IMG/VR virus record: IMGVR_UViG_3300031772_000005
Strand: one strand, 5' to 3'
From: a virus
Lineage: Duplodnaviria; Heunggongvirae; Uroviricota; Caudoviricetes
DNA: 64,000 nucleotides
The number at the start of each line of letters is the position of its first letter. Position 1 is the stretch's first letter. Shown here piece by piece: positions 9,423 through 18,270 of this stretch. The position numbers and the translations under genes were made by a program. The notes under the pieces were generated by a model. It was not told the DNA's origin. It worked only from the letters and a program-made list of their open reading frames with translations, and ran no database searches.

Positions 9423-9600
9423 AATAGTAAAAGGACCTAGTAAATACCACGTAATGTATAAAAAGCATTGGTGGAGTAGATGGAAATATTGCAGAAGACC
9501 TAAAGGGCAAGCACCTAATGATAACTTTGCTTATGTATGGCAATGGGATACTGAAAGAGGTGCTCAAGCTTATATTAATGAATGTTTGAGAGAAGATTGA
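9412..9600 (+). CDS. hypothetical small basic protein
   Basis: 62 aa, W/K/R-rich. Confidence 0.35.
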   Translation: MNYKIVKGPSKYHVMYKKHWWSRWKYCRRPKGQAPNDNFAYVWQWDTERGAQAYINECLRED

Positions 9601-9668
9601 TAGTTATATTAAAAATGGATTATAACGGTAGGCGTATAAGAGAAGTTAAAGAACTAATTTAAAAGATT

Positions 9669-9875
9669 ATGAGAATTAAAAAACAACAAAAGATAGAATC
9701 TTTGAAAACCTCGTTTAAAAATTTATCAAACGCAGACTTACTACACGAAGTCATAAGTAGAAGCGGTGGAGATGATTATGATGGATATTTTACAAAAGAT
9801 GGTCAAATGGAGTATGATATTCTTCATGAAATGCTGATAGAAAGATTAGGAGATTGGTACACACAAACCCCTTAA
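9669..9875 (+). CDS. hypothetical protein
   Basis: 68 aa. Confidence 0.4.
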   Translation: MRIKKQQKIESLKTSFKNLSNADLLHEVISRSGGDDYDGYFTKDGQMEYDILHEMLIERLGDWYTQTP

Positions 9876-9895
9876 TTTCTCTTATACGCTGTTAG

Positions 9896-9965
9896 TGTTT
9901 CGTTTTAATGAACACTAACACAAAGCTAACCTACCGTTTTAATGTCTGTTAGGTAACGTTATAAC
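9896..9965 (+). promoter_or_regulatory. two adjacent hairpins with identical CGTTTTAATG loops
   Basis: GTTAGTGTTT-CGTTTTAATG-AACACTAAC and ACCTACC-GTTTTAATG-TCTGTTAGGT; the 10-nt loop sequence occurs twice, 32 nt apart. Confidence 0.4.
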
Positions 9966-9978
9966 ATAAATAGATAAT

Positions 9979-10062
9979 ATGAGTAGAGAAATAATAATAG
10001 GTGTAATAGCCATTGGATTGATAATGATTACAGTAATAATAGATAAATATACTAGGTTATGA
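9979..10062 (+). CDS. 27-aa hydrophobic mini-ORF (MSREIIIGVIAIGLIMITVIIDKYTRL)
   Basis: Single TM-like peptide; its stop overlaps the next ATG (ATGA). Confidence 0.3.
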   Translation: MSREIIIGVIAIGLIMITVIIDKYTRL

Positions 10063-10313
10063 AAAAATCAGATGAGAAAAAACTACAGTCAGCCATTGAG
10101 GATATACTATGGATGGCTGCAAGATATGCACATGGAAGACATACTTATGCACCGTCTGTTGTACGTGATTCAGTAGCTGTATTTAAAGATGTATTTCCAG
10201 ACTTTAAAATAAAGCAAGACCATGTAATTGAATTACCTGCTGATGATGAAATAGGAGGTTGCTCTTTTAGGAGTGATTATTTAGATGATATTTTTAATAA
10301 TAAAACACTATGA
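10059..10313 (+). CDS. hypothetical protein
   Basis: 84 aa. Confidence 0.45.
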   Translation: MKKSDEKKLQSAIEDILWMAARYAHGRHTYAPSVVRDSVAVFKDVFPDFKIKQDHVIELPADDEIGGCSFRSDYLDDIFNNKTL

Positions 10314-10489
10314 CAGCAATAGATTTACTAGTAGAAAGACTAGCAGAGAATGGAATCTTACATAGCTCAGATGTTGCAGAAGCTAATGAGTTATTTAAGC
10401 AACAGATAATTGATGCTTTTGATGAGGGATGCTCTGAGCATACAATTTTTGGAGTTGATTATTATAAATTAACCTTTAAATCAGAATAA
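10310..10489 (+). CDS. small protein, paralog A (59 aa, not in ORF track)
   Basis: Starts MTA and ends YYKLTFKSE; same termini as the next ORF; ATGA overlap upstream. Confidence 0.45.
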   Translation: MTAIDLLVERLAENGILHSSDVAEANELFKQQIIDAFDEGCSEHTIFGVDYYKLTFKSE

Positions 10490-10490
10490 G

Positions 10491-10730
10491 ATGACAGCAG
10501 TAACAGAAATATTAGAACATTGTAAGAAATTAATTTCAGAAGGTCATCAAATAGATACACAAGGGCTTGTACATTGGATTGAAGACACTCTTTTAGAAAT
10601 GGAGAAGCAACAACTAGAGGATTGCTTTATGAAAACACATCAAACAGGTAGATTTGAATGTTTATTTGTTGCAGAAGAAAATTGGATTACTTTTGAATCA
10701 TGGTACAAAGAAACCTTTAAATCAGAATAA
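10491..10730 (+). CDS. small protein, paralog B
   Basis: Starts MTA and ends WYKETFKSE; a 19-nt DNA repeat aacctttaaatcagaataa ends both paralogs. Confidence 0.5.
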   Translation: MTAVTEILEHCKKLISEGHQIDTQGLVHWIEDTLLEMEKQQLEDCFMKTHQTGRFECLFVAEENWITFESWYKETFKSE

Positions 10731-10731
10731 T

Positions 10732-11247
10732 ATGAAACTAATTAAAACAGAAGATGAACAAGGAGTCATGTATTCCTTATCAGGAGATAATCTACCTGAG
10801 AATTATGTATTATCCAAACAAAACTGTGATGAACTATTTGGAGCAGTTGATGTTGAGAAGTTGGCGGAGTTTTCTGAAAACTCTGCAACAAGTAATGGAC
10901 TAAACACTTTTCAATATCCATACTTCAAAAAAGGATTCAATGAAGGCTTCAACAAAGCAATGGAGTTGAATAAAGACAAGGTGTTTGCTTTGGATGATAT
11001 GATTATGCAAGTTAAGGCAGCATTTTATAATGGTGTTATTGTCGGTAAAGGCAATGATCCTATTTTTAGCATTGATGATTTTGTACAATCTATTAGACCT
11101 ATTCAAGAACCAACAGAAATAGAAGTTGAGATTGTGATGGAATGTTTAGATCCTACTTGTGATGGTGTAAATAGAAAAGGTTGTTGTATACCTGGAGATA
11201 AGCCTAAACTTGACTCATCAGGAAATTTAATACTTAAAAAGATTTGA
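10732..11247 (+). CDS. hypothetical protein
   Basis: ATG at 10732 follows the paralog B stop directly; the longer 10654 start would overlap paralog B heavily. Confidence 0.5.
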   Translation: MKLIKTEDEQGVMYSLSGDNLPENYVLSKQNCDELFGAVDVEKLAEFSENSATSNGLNTFQYPYFKKGFNEGFNKAMELNKDKVFALDDMIMQVKAAFYNGVIVGKGNDPIFSIDDFVQSIRPIQEPTEIEVEIVMECLDPTCDGVNRKGCCIPGDKPKLDSSGNLILKKI

Positions 11248-11248
11248 T

Positions 11249-11569
11249 ATGGACTTTGGATTAGGATTATTTATAGGCATGTTTATCATGTGGGTTATAG
11301 CAATGAAATTAAAAGCTGAATGGAAAAGAGACCTTGAAAAGCTCAAGGATTATGAAACACTTGAAGAAGCTAAAAAGTATGCTGAATTATCTTATTATGG
11401 GGATGAAGTGGATGCTTTTATAGCAGGTGCTAATTACCAAGCTGAAAGAATGTATAGTGAGGAAAATATGATTTTATATTCTGACTACGTTCTTATGTGT
11501 TCAGCAGAAAAAACTTTAAAGCTACCATTACAGCCAAAAGAATGGTATGAACAATTTAAAAAGAAATAA
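11249..11569 (+). CDS. N-terminally membrane-anchored small protein
   Basis: FGLGLFIGMFIMWVIAMKL TM segment. Confidence 0.45.
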   Translation: MDFGLGLFIGMFIMWVIAMKLKAEWKRDLEKLKDYETLEEAKKYAELSYYGDEVDAFIAGANYQAERMYSEENMILYSDYVLMCSAEKTLKLPLQPKEWYEQFKKK

Positions 11570-11620
11570 GATGAATAAAAATTATGAAAGAGCTTTGTAT
11601 TTTTTTGCAGGAATAGGAGC

Positions 11621-11857
11621 TTGGAATTTAATAATGTATATACTAAACCTATAAATATGAAAGGAGAAATCAGAAAAAACGGAGAATTAAAAATAATATT
11701 ATCTCATGAAGATGATATGGATAAAGCTGCATTAGAAGCTTTAATAAAAACTGGAGATATTAAAGGAACATTGATTATATCACAAGAACAAGCTGTTAAA
11801 TTTGATGTGCCAATTGGAAGTGTAATATTAACTAATAAACTAAATAATAATGACTAA
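11621..11857 (+). CDS. hypothetical protein
   Basis: 78 aa. Confidence 0.4.
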   Translation: MEFNNVYTKPINMKGEIRKNGELKIILSHEDDMDKAALEALIKTGDIKGTLIISQEQAVKFDVPIGSVILTNKLNNND

Positions 11858-12245
11858 AGAAAGAAACACATTAGGACAATTCTTAAAAGGTTTAATGCCT
11901 TGGAATAAAAACAAAAAAGGTATTCATTTATCTCCAGACACTGAATTTAAATCAGGTGAAGATCATACTGGAGAAAATCATCCATCATGGAATGGTGGAG
12001 AGCAAACTCCAAAAAATGATTGTACTCATGTATGGACAGGAACTAATGAAAGAGTTAGAAAGCCAAGAATGATATATCAAGAAGCTCACGGGCCAATCCC
12101 TGCAGGTCATGTAATTTATCATATAGATGGTAATAAAAGAAATGATGATCCAAGTAACTTAGAAGCTATTAGTAGAGGAGAGTTAATGCAACGAAATGCT
12201 AATGAAGCTAGAGAACTTAAAAAAGATGATGATGAAAATAATTAA
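11850..12245 (+). CDS. free-standing HNH homing endonuclease
   Basis: HVIYHIDGNKRNDDPSNLEAIS is an HNH signature (H-x-D-G-N...N-L). Confidence 0.7.
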   Translation: MTKERNTLGQFLKGLMPWNKNKKGIHLSPDTEFKSGEDHTGENHPSWNGGEQTPKNDCTHVWTGTNERVRKPRMIYQEAHGPIPAGHVIYHIDGNKRNDDPSNLEAISRGELMQRNANEARELKKDDDENN

Positions 12246-12612
12246 AAATTTAATACTTGCTATAGTATGTACAGTATCTAGTATAGCATGTAGTGCTCAA
12301 TTTTATATGCATGCATCTACAGCACAAATTGGTACATGGTCCGTATCAGCAGATGATTGGATATGGGAAGAACCCGCAAACTGCAATATTGCTATTAAAA
12401 TCAAAGGTAATTTAATTAAAGTTAAGGATAAAGCAGATTCTTACTATATTACTTATGATATAATATCAGAAGAAGATAATGAAGCCATATGGGAAGCATT
12501 AGATGAACAAGAAAAACCTTGTAATGTTGTAATAACCGTTGTAGATGAGATAGATTATCTTATTATAGTTTATCCGCAAATATGTTTTAGGTATCAAACT
12601 ATAAATGACTAA
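12226..12612 (+). CDS. secreted protein / putative lipoprotein
   Basis: Signal-peptide-like MMMKIIKNLILAIVCTVSSIACSAQ; start placed after the HNH stop. Confidence 0.4.
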   Translation: MMMKIIKNLILAIVCTVSSIACSAQFYMHASTAQIGTWSVSADDWIWEEPANCNIAIKIKGNLIKVKDKADSYYITYDIISEEDNEAIWEALDEQEKPCNVVITVVDEIDYLIIVYPQICFRYQTIND

Positions 12613-12614
12613 AC

Positions 12615-12866
12615 ATGACTGAAGAAGAATTAATTGAAGAAGGTTTTGAACGGATTGATGTTCCAATAGAAGAAAGTGGTGATGAAGAAGATTACTATTA
12701 CTATAGATATTCATTAGGTAGTGGCCTTAGTTTGTATAGTTCAGAGAATACTGATTCACCAAAAAATAAATGGAGAGTAACTTTTGATGAATTTACAGAT
12801 AATATTATAGATATTGAAGATGTGCAAATTTTATTAGCCTTATTTAAAAAATGGAAAATAACTTAA
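12615..12866 (+). CDS. small acidic protein
   Basis: 83 aa, D/E/Y-rich. Confidence 0.4.
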   Translation: MTEEELIEEGFERIDVPIEESGDEEDYYYYRYSLGSGLSLYSSENTDSPKNKWRVTFDEFTDNIIDIEDVQILLALFKKWKIT

Positions 12867-12875
12867 ACTTAAAAA

Positions 12876-13259
12876 ATGTATACCGCTAAACTTAAAAAAG
12901 TTAATGGTAAGCTTTCACAACCAGATAAGAATAAAATCTTATATGATGCGTTTGTGAAAGCTTTACCAGAAGGCTCAGAAGTAGAATTATTTATGAATGT
13001 GGTAACAGATGGAGGATCTTTAGCTCAAATATCTAAAGTTCACACATGTATAAGAATGTTAGCTCAAGAATCCGGATATTCTTTTGAAGAGATGAAACAA
13101 CTCATTAAAGAAAGATCCGGATTATGTCTAGTATTTACAGAAGGAGATACTCAACAAGAGATATGTAAATCTTTTGGAGAATGTACTAAAGATGAATTAT
13201 CTATGAGTATACAAGCTTGTATTGAAATTGGAGAAATGTATAATATTAATCTAGGGTAG
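12876..13259 (+). CDS. hypothetical protein
   Basis: 127 aa. Confidence 0.45.
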   Translation: MYTAKLKKVNGKLSQPDKNKILYDAFVKALPEGSEVELFMNVVTDGGSLAQISKVHTCIRMLAQESGYSFEEMKQLIKERSGLCLVFTEGDTQQEICKSFGECTKDELSMSIQACIEIGEMYNINLG

Positions 13260-13560
13260 GAGCTACAAAGCCTTCATCCCCAGGTTCTAATATTTCTTTC
13301 TCTTCATATGCATCTTGTTCTTTTGCTACTTTTTCAATTTCAGCAAGTAATAAAGTAATAGTATAAAATGATCTTTCTAATTCATTCATATTTTCATACT
13401 TACCTGTCATGATTGTTTTAAGAGATTCTTCTCTTTTTACATCATCAGTTTCTTGTTGAAATAAGTAATATAATGTTTTTTTAAGCATAATATAATATGC
13501 TTTATTAACTTTGACATCCAATAAAATGTCTTCTTTTAATTCTTTAACTTTTACTGCCAT
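13246..13560 (-). CDS. hypothetical protein (lone minus-strand gene in the + module)
   Basis: 104-aa ORF filling a 250-nt gap with no + strand ORF; divergent from the UDG gene. Confidence 0.4.
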   Translation of the reverse strand: MAVKVKELKEDILLDVKVNKAYYIMLKKTLYYLFQQETDDVKREESLKTIMTGKYENMNELERSFYTITLLLAEIEKVAKEQDAYEEKEILEPGDEGFVAPTLD

Positions 13561-13579
13561 ACCACAAATATATAAAAAA

Positions 13580-14296
13580 ATGAAACAAGAATTAAATATT
13601 GAAGAAATAAAAGAAAAAATTTATGCTAAATTAGAACCCTCTGGGTGGGCTATTAAACTTAGAGGGTTTATATTTAGTAAAGAATTTGATGATATAATTA
13701 AAAAGTTAATTAAACAGACTCAAGACGGTAAAAGATTTACACCAACACTTAAAAATTGGTTTAGAGCTTTTGAAGAATGTCCTATTACGGAACTTAAAGT
13801 TGTTATAGTAGCAGCTGATCCATATCCGGGATTACATCAAGCGGATGGAATTCCGTTTAGTTTAAGCACATCATCAGAAAAACCTCAAGTTTTATCTTAT
13901 TTACTTGATGCAATAGATAAAACTGTATATGATAATAATAATCAAGTTGGTAGAGATACAGATCTCAAAAGATGGAGTAATCAAGGAATACTCTTACTTA
14001 ACTCAGCTTTGACAACAACTATAGGTAAACCGGGTCAGCATTTTGCAATCTGGCAAACTTTTTTAGCTTACTTATTTGATTACTTAACATGGAATTGTCC
14101 AGGTTTAGTATACATTTATATGGGTAAGACTGCTCAGCAATGGGCAGATGCTGTAAATGATAACAATTACAAATTTATGATTACTCATCCTGCACTCATG
14201 TTATTTAATAATGACACTGAATGGGATTGCGGAGATGTATTTAAGAAAACTACAGACTTAATACAAAAAAATTATAATTATCTTATACAGTGGTAA
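13580..14296 (+). CDS. uracil-DNA glycosylase-like protein (family 1-like)
   Basis: [24 protein letters not shown] aligns with UNG [34 protein letters not shown] aligns with QGVLLLNTVLTV; HPAL aligns with HPSPL. Start chosen at the ATG after the minus-strand gene. Confidence 0.65.
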   Translation: [238 protein letters not shown]

Positions 14297-14297
14297 A

Positions 14298-14888
14298 ATG
14301 AATGAAATTTTTAACAAATTACTAAAAGCAGGTATGACACCTAATGCTTTTTATTATCTGCATAGCTTACATCATAATATAGTACCTAACAAATTTATTA
14401 ATGCATCAATTGAATGTGCTAAACTACAAAATGATGAATGGCTTACTGAAACTAAAGCTTTAACTCAAAAAGCTAAAGATCTTGTAAATCAAATAGATAA
14501 GTACTTTACAGTGAGTAAAGCTAAAACATCCGTTACAGTAATGGGTGAAAATTATATGGAAAATATTGAACAATATTTAAGTATTTTTCCTAACTTTAAA
14601 CTCCCAAGTGGTAAACCCGCTAGGTGCAGTCCCAAAAATATAGAAACAGGTTTTAGATGGTTTTTTAATAATCATAATTATACTTGGGCTACTATATTTG
14701 AGGCAACAGCAAGATATGTGAATGAATTTGAAATGAGTGGCTGGAAATATATGAGAACTTCTCAATATTTTATTAGAAAACAGAGTTCTGTAGAAAGAAG
14801 TTTTGATTCTGAATTAGCTAATTATTGCAACATGATAGAAAATGGATTACAAGAAGATGATTTTAAATTTAGAGAAAATATTGTATGA
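14298..14888 (+). CDS. hypothetical protein
   Basis: 196 aa. Confidence 0.5.
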   Translation: MNEIFNKLLKAGMTPNAFYYLHSLHHNIVPNKFINASIECAKLQNDEWLTETKALTQKAKDLVNQIDKYFTVSKAKTSVTVMGENYMENIEQYLSIFPNFKLPSGKPARCSPKNIETGFRWFFNNHNYTWATIFEATARYVNEFEMSGWKYMRTSQYFIRKQSSVERSFDSELANYCNMIENGLQEDDFKFRENIV

Positions 14889-15058
14889 TTAAATTTAAAT
14901 TACTCATAATAGCTTTAGTCGGTAGTGTCTTAAGCTATTATATTATCAATCTCTTTTTATTTCCTATTAATATTTTACAATACATTGGTATTGAAGTTGT
15001 TATTTCAATATTTCATGCTATGTTTAATAAAATTAAAGTAGAAATAAATACTAATTAA
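14885..15058 (+). CDS. 57-aa hydrophobic small ORF (not in ORF track)
   Basis: MIKFKLLIIALVGSVLSYYIINLFLFPINILQYIGIEVVISIFHAMFNKIKVEINTN; ATGA overlap with upstream stop. Confidence 0.3.
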   Translation: MIKFKLLIIALVGSVLSYYIINLFLFPINILQYIGIEVVISIFHAMFNKIKVEINTN

Positions 15059-15068
15059 ACAATACTTC

Positions 15069-16076
15069 ATGAGTGATGCAAAAAAAACTGTTCCTGTAGA
15101 GTGGAAGAGTCAAAAGGAGGGCTTTCAAGATTCACTACACTACCTAAAAGGTAGAAAAATTGGTGCAATTAGAAGTTTAGCTACTCCTTGGCCTAAATTT
15201 AATGATGCATTAACAGATGGAATTGAATGGAATACAATGATTGTAATTGGAGGTAGACCCGCAAGTGGTAAAACTTTAATTGCAGAACAAATCATAAGAG
15301 AAGCTTTTGTATTAAACCCGACTGAAAATTTTAGAGTATTACAATTTCAATTTGAAATGCTTGCAAGATCTTCAGCTATTAGGGAATACTCTAGTGCTAT
15401 AGGACGTTCCTATAAATACTTATGTAGTGCTGATGGCAAATTATCTGATGAAGACTTAAAAAGATGTTATGAATATGCTAAAGAGAAGGTTAAACACCCT
15501 ATTGATATAGTAGAAACACCATGCACAATTGATGATTTTAAAAGAATAATACATAATTATATGAATTTACATTCAGAAGTATCTGATGAACTTGTAAAAA
15601 CATATACAAAAACTTTAATAACTATAGATCATTCATTATTATTTAAAAAAGCTGCCTATGAGAGAGAGAAACATGATACATTAAACAATTTAGGGGAAGC
15701 CCTAACAGAACTTAAAAGGATTTATCCAATAACATTTATAGTATTAAGTCAATTGAATAGGAATATTGATCATCCTGATAGATCTGAAGACGGTAAATAC
15801 GGAAACTACGTGCTAGAATCTGATATTTTTGGTGCTGATGCACTTCTTCAACATGCAGACACTGTAATAGGTATCAATAGACCTGGTAAACAAAAGATAA
15901 GATTTTATGGGCCAGATAGATTTATAATAGAAGATGAAAGAGTGATGGTATTACATTTTTTAAAATGTAGGAATGGAGATACCCGTTTAAGCTTTTTCAA
16001 AGCTGAATTTGAGAGAATGAGAATTGTAGAGATGGCAACACCTCCGCAACAAGAAAAAAGAATAGGAACTAAATAA
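15069..16076 (+). CDS. DnaB-family replicative helicase (RecA-like C-terminal domain only)
   Basis: Walker A GGRPASGKT, Walker B-like LITIDHSLL, H3 motif LSQLNRN; lacks the DnaB N-terminal domain. Confidence 0.65.
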   Translation: MSDAKKTVPVEWKSQKEGFQDSLHYLKGRKIGAIRSLATPWPKFNDALTDGIEWNTMIVIGGRPASGKTLIAEQIIREAFVLNPTENFRVLQFQFEMLARSSAIREYSSAIGRSYKYLCSADGKLSDEDLKRCYEYAKEKVKHPIDIVETPCTIDDFKRIIHNYMNLHSEVSDELVKTYTKTLITIDHSLLFKKAAYEREKHDTLNNLGEALTELKRIYPITFIVLSQLNRNIDHPDRSEDGKYGNYVLESDIFGADALLQHADTVIGINRPGKQKIRFYGPDRFIIEDERVMVLHFLKCRNGDTRLSFFKAEFERMRIVEMATPPQQEKRIGTK

Positions 16077-16082
16077 TTTAAA

Positions 16083-16619
16083 ATGAGTTTATCAACTAAA
16101 GATCCTGTGAATAGAAAAGAAAAAACTGAACAACTATTCAAGGAACATGAACATAAATTTAAGATTTTAGATATTAATAACCCTTTGTTTATACCAAAAT
16201 GTGCTTATAAACCATATGGTAAAACAGAATATATGCTTGGATTTTTTCCAAGTGAATTAAAAAGAGGTGAAGATATCTATACTGAATTTGTAAGTATAGA
16301 ACTTGATTCTGAAGATACTACACGTACCTTATATAAATGGAGATACAATCCCCATTATGAAACAGAATATGAGACAACAGAACCCAATGCTAAAGGAGAT
16401 GTAAGATATCTCATCCCAGTAGCTGAATTGATTAAGATTGAAATTAAAGCAGATCCACTAAATGAAGAGTCTGATAAATTTCCTGATTTTACAGAATTGA
16501 TGAACACAGATGAGGATGCTCCTCTATCTATGTTAACAATTAGAGATCTTGCAGCTATTATGTTGCAAAAACCGGTGAGTCAAAAAGAATGGTTAAATAA
16601 AATTATTAATAAATCATGA
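16083..16619 (+). CDS. hypothetical acidic protein
   Basis: 178 aa. Confidence 0.5.
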   Translation: MSLSTKDPVNRKEKTEQLFKEHEHKFKILDINNPLFIPKCAYKPYGKTEYMLGFFPSELKRGEDIYTEFVSIELDSEDTTRTLYKWRYNPHYETEYETTEPNAKGDVRYLIPVAELIKIEIKADPLNEESDKFPDFTELMNTDEDAPLSMLTIRDLAAIMLQKPVSQKEWLNKIINKS

Positions 16620-16954
16620 GTTTGATACTACCAACAGGATTAATTGCTCCAACAGAAATTAATCCTAAAAACCTTATTATATTTTCAAAACCAAAGATTG
16701 GTAAAACAAGTTTACTAGCTACATTAGACAAATGTCTTCTATTAGATTTAGAAGGTGGTTCTAATTATGTTAGTGCAATGAAAGTCCAAGCTAACTCTTT
16801 TGAAGAAATTAAAGAAATAGGTAAAGCTATTAAAGAAGCAGGGTATCCCTATAAATATGTAGCAGTTGACACTATTACAGCTTTAGAAGAGATGATTGTA
16901 CCTTATGCTGAAATACTATACTCCAAAAGCCCTAAACGTCCTTGGGGCATATAG
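16616..16954 (+). CDS. AAA_24/Sak4-like RecA-fold ATPase, exon 1 (ORF runs into the intron to an in-frame stop)
   Basis: Walker A SKPKIGKTSL, LDLEGG, YVAVDTITALEE (Walker B-like); the true exon end is probably near 16933-16942. Confidence 0.5.
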   Translation: MSLILPTGLIAPTEINPKNLIIFSKPKIGKTSLLATLDKCLLLDLEGGSNYVSAMKVQANSFEEIKEIGKAIKEAGYPYKYVAVDTITALEEMIVPYAEILYSKSPKRPWGI

Positions 16955-17817
16955 CAGTGATGTTATATGAAAATCTCTTTAATTGCTGGGAACACTTAAT
17001 TCATATGGGTAAATTTTATTATATGGGAAATTTTTACTATATTGTATAATAAATAAGATACATATGAAAAGTCAATCAGCAGCCAAGCTTTATAAATATT
17101 CAGCATTAGATAATAAACTAATTGGAAAAACTTTTAATAATATAGAAGTTTTAAGTTTATCACATGTAGAAAAAAGTAGAAGATTTTATGATATAAAATG
17201 TTTAAGATGTAATAACTTATCATATATGAGAGGTGATAGATTTACAGGAACTCAAAAATTAAATACATGTAGAAAATGCAGACAAGAAAATGCAATTCTT
17301 ACAAGTAAAAAAAGAGCGACTCCTGAATCAGTTTATTCAAGTTTATATGCTCAATGTAGAAAAGGAGCATCAGCTAGAAATATTACATTTTTAATTTCTT
17401 TAGAAGAATTTAAAAAAATTATTACAAAAGATTGTTATTATTGTGGAGTAGAACCTAGATTATCTAGTACATCTAAAAGATATAACAAAACAACAACGCA
17501 AATAAAACATAATGGTGTAGATAGATTTGACAATACTATAGGATATGTTTTAAATAATTGTGTGCCTTGTTGTAAATTTTGTAATCATATGAAAAGAGAC
17601 TATACTAAAGATGATTTTTTAAATCATATTAAGAAAATTTTTGTTTATAATGAAGGTTCAACGACTATCCCGTAAGGGAGTACATCACAAGCTAATGGTG
17701 ATGGAAATAGGAGAGTTCTCACTAGAGAACGTGATATAGTCTAATCTGTATAGAAATATGCAGCAGTTCATAAGAGAACGTATTAAGTATTGCAAACTTA
17801 ATAGAATATAAATGATG
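16934..17817 (+). mobile_element. group I intron (IA2-like) carrying an HNH homing-endonuclease ORF; boundaries approximate
   Basis: P-like AATTGCTGGGAA (16981-16992); Q-like AATCAGCAGCC (17074-17084, inside the ORF start); R-like GTTCTCACTAGAGAAC (17715-17730); S-like GATATAGTC (17733-17741); terminal hairpin TATTAAG/CTTAATA; flanking ORFs are the two halves of one ATPase. Confidence 0.55.
17064..17675 (+). CDS. HNH homing endonuclease (intron-encoded)
   Basis: NGVDRFDNTIGYVLNNCVPCCKFCNHMKRDYT HNH core plus multiple CxxC zinc knuckles. Confidence 0.75.
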   Translation: MKSQSAAKLYKYSALDNKLIGKTFNNIEVLSLSHVEKSRRFYDIKCLRCNNLSYMRGDRFTGTQKLNTCRKCRQENAILTSKKRATPESVYSSLYAQCRKGASARNITFLISLEEFKKIITKDCYYCGVEPRLSSTSKRYNKTTTQIKHNGVDRFDNTIGYVLNNCVPCCKFCNHMKRDYTKDDFLNHIKKIFVYNEGSTTIP

Positions 17818-18258
17818 GGTAAAAATTGGTTTAAAGAAGAAGATGGTGGTAAATTAAAATACGGTACTATATTAGGTTTACCTGATGGTGCGGGTTATTA
17901 TTGGACAAGACAAGCTTTTACTAAAGTTCTTGACTATATATTAACTTGGGCTCCTCATGTAATCTTTTTAGGTCACGTAAAAGATACCTTATTAGAAAAA
18001 GCTGGTGCAAGTTTTACTGCAACAGATTTAGATTTAACTGGTAAACTTAAAAGAATTACTATATCTAATTCAGATGCTATAGGTTATCTATACCGTAAAG
18101 GTAAAGCTAATTATATAAGCTTCAAAAGTGATGGTGACATAGCATGTGGTGCTAGACCTGATCACTTAAAAAACCAAGAAATTATGATTTCTGAAATTAC
18201 CCCAGAAGGTGAATATAAAACATACTGGGACAAAATATTTTTAAATATAAACAAATAA
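17812..18258 (+). CDS. AAA_24/Sak4-like ATPase, exon 2
   Basis: PHVIFLGHVKD resembles the AAA_24 C-terminal strand (nvifiaHe); in-frame stop immediately upstream, so no independent long ORF; exon probably begins at 17815 or 17818. Confidence 0.5.
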   Translation: MMGKNWFKEEDGGKLKYGTILGLPDGAGYYWTRQAFTKVLDYILTWAPHVIFLGHVKDTLLEKAGASFTATDLDLTGKLKRITISNSDAIGYLYRKGKANYISFKSDGDIACGARPDHLKNQEIMISEITPEGEYKTYWDKIFLNINK

Positions 18259-18270
18259 AAAACAAATAAA

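Noticed and set aside
10654-11247. Long start (10654) for the ORF ending at 11247
   Set aside because: It would overlap paralog B by 77 nt. The ATG at 10732 directly follows the upstream stop, matching the tight coupling pattern used throughout.
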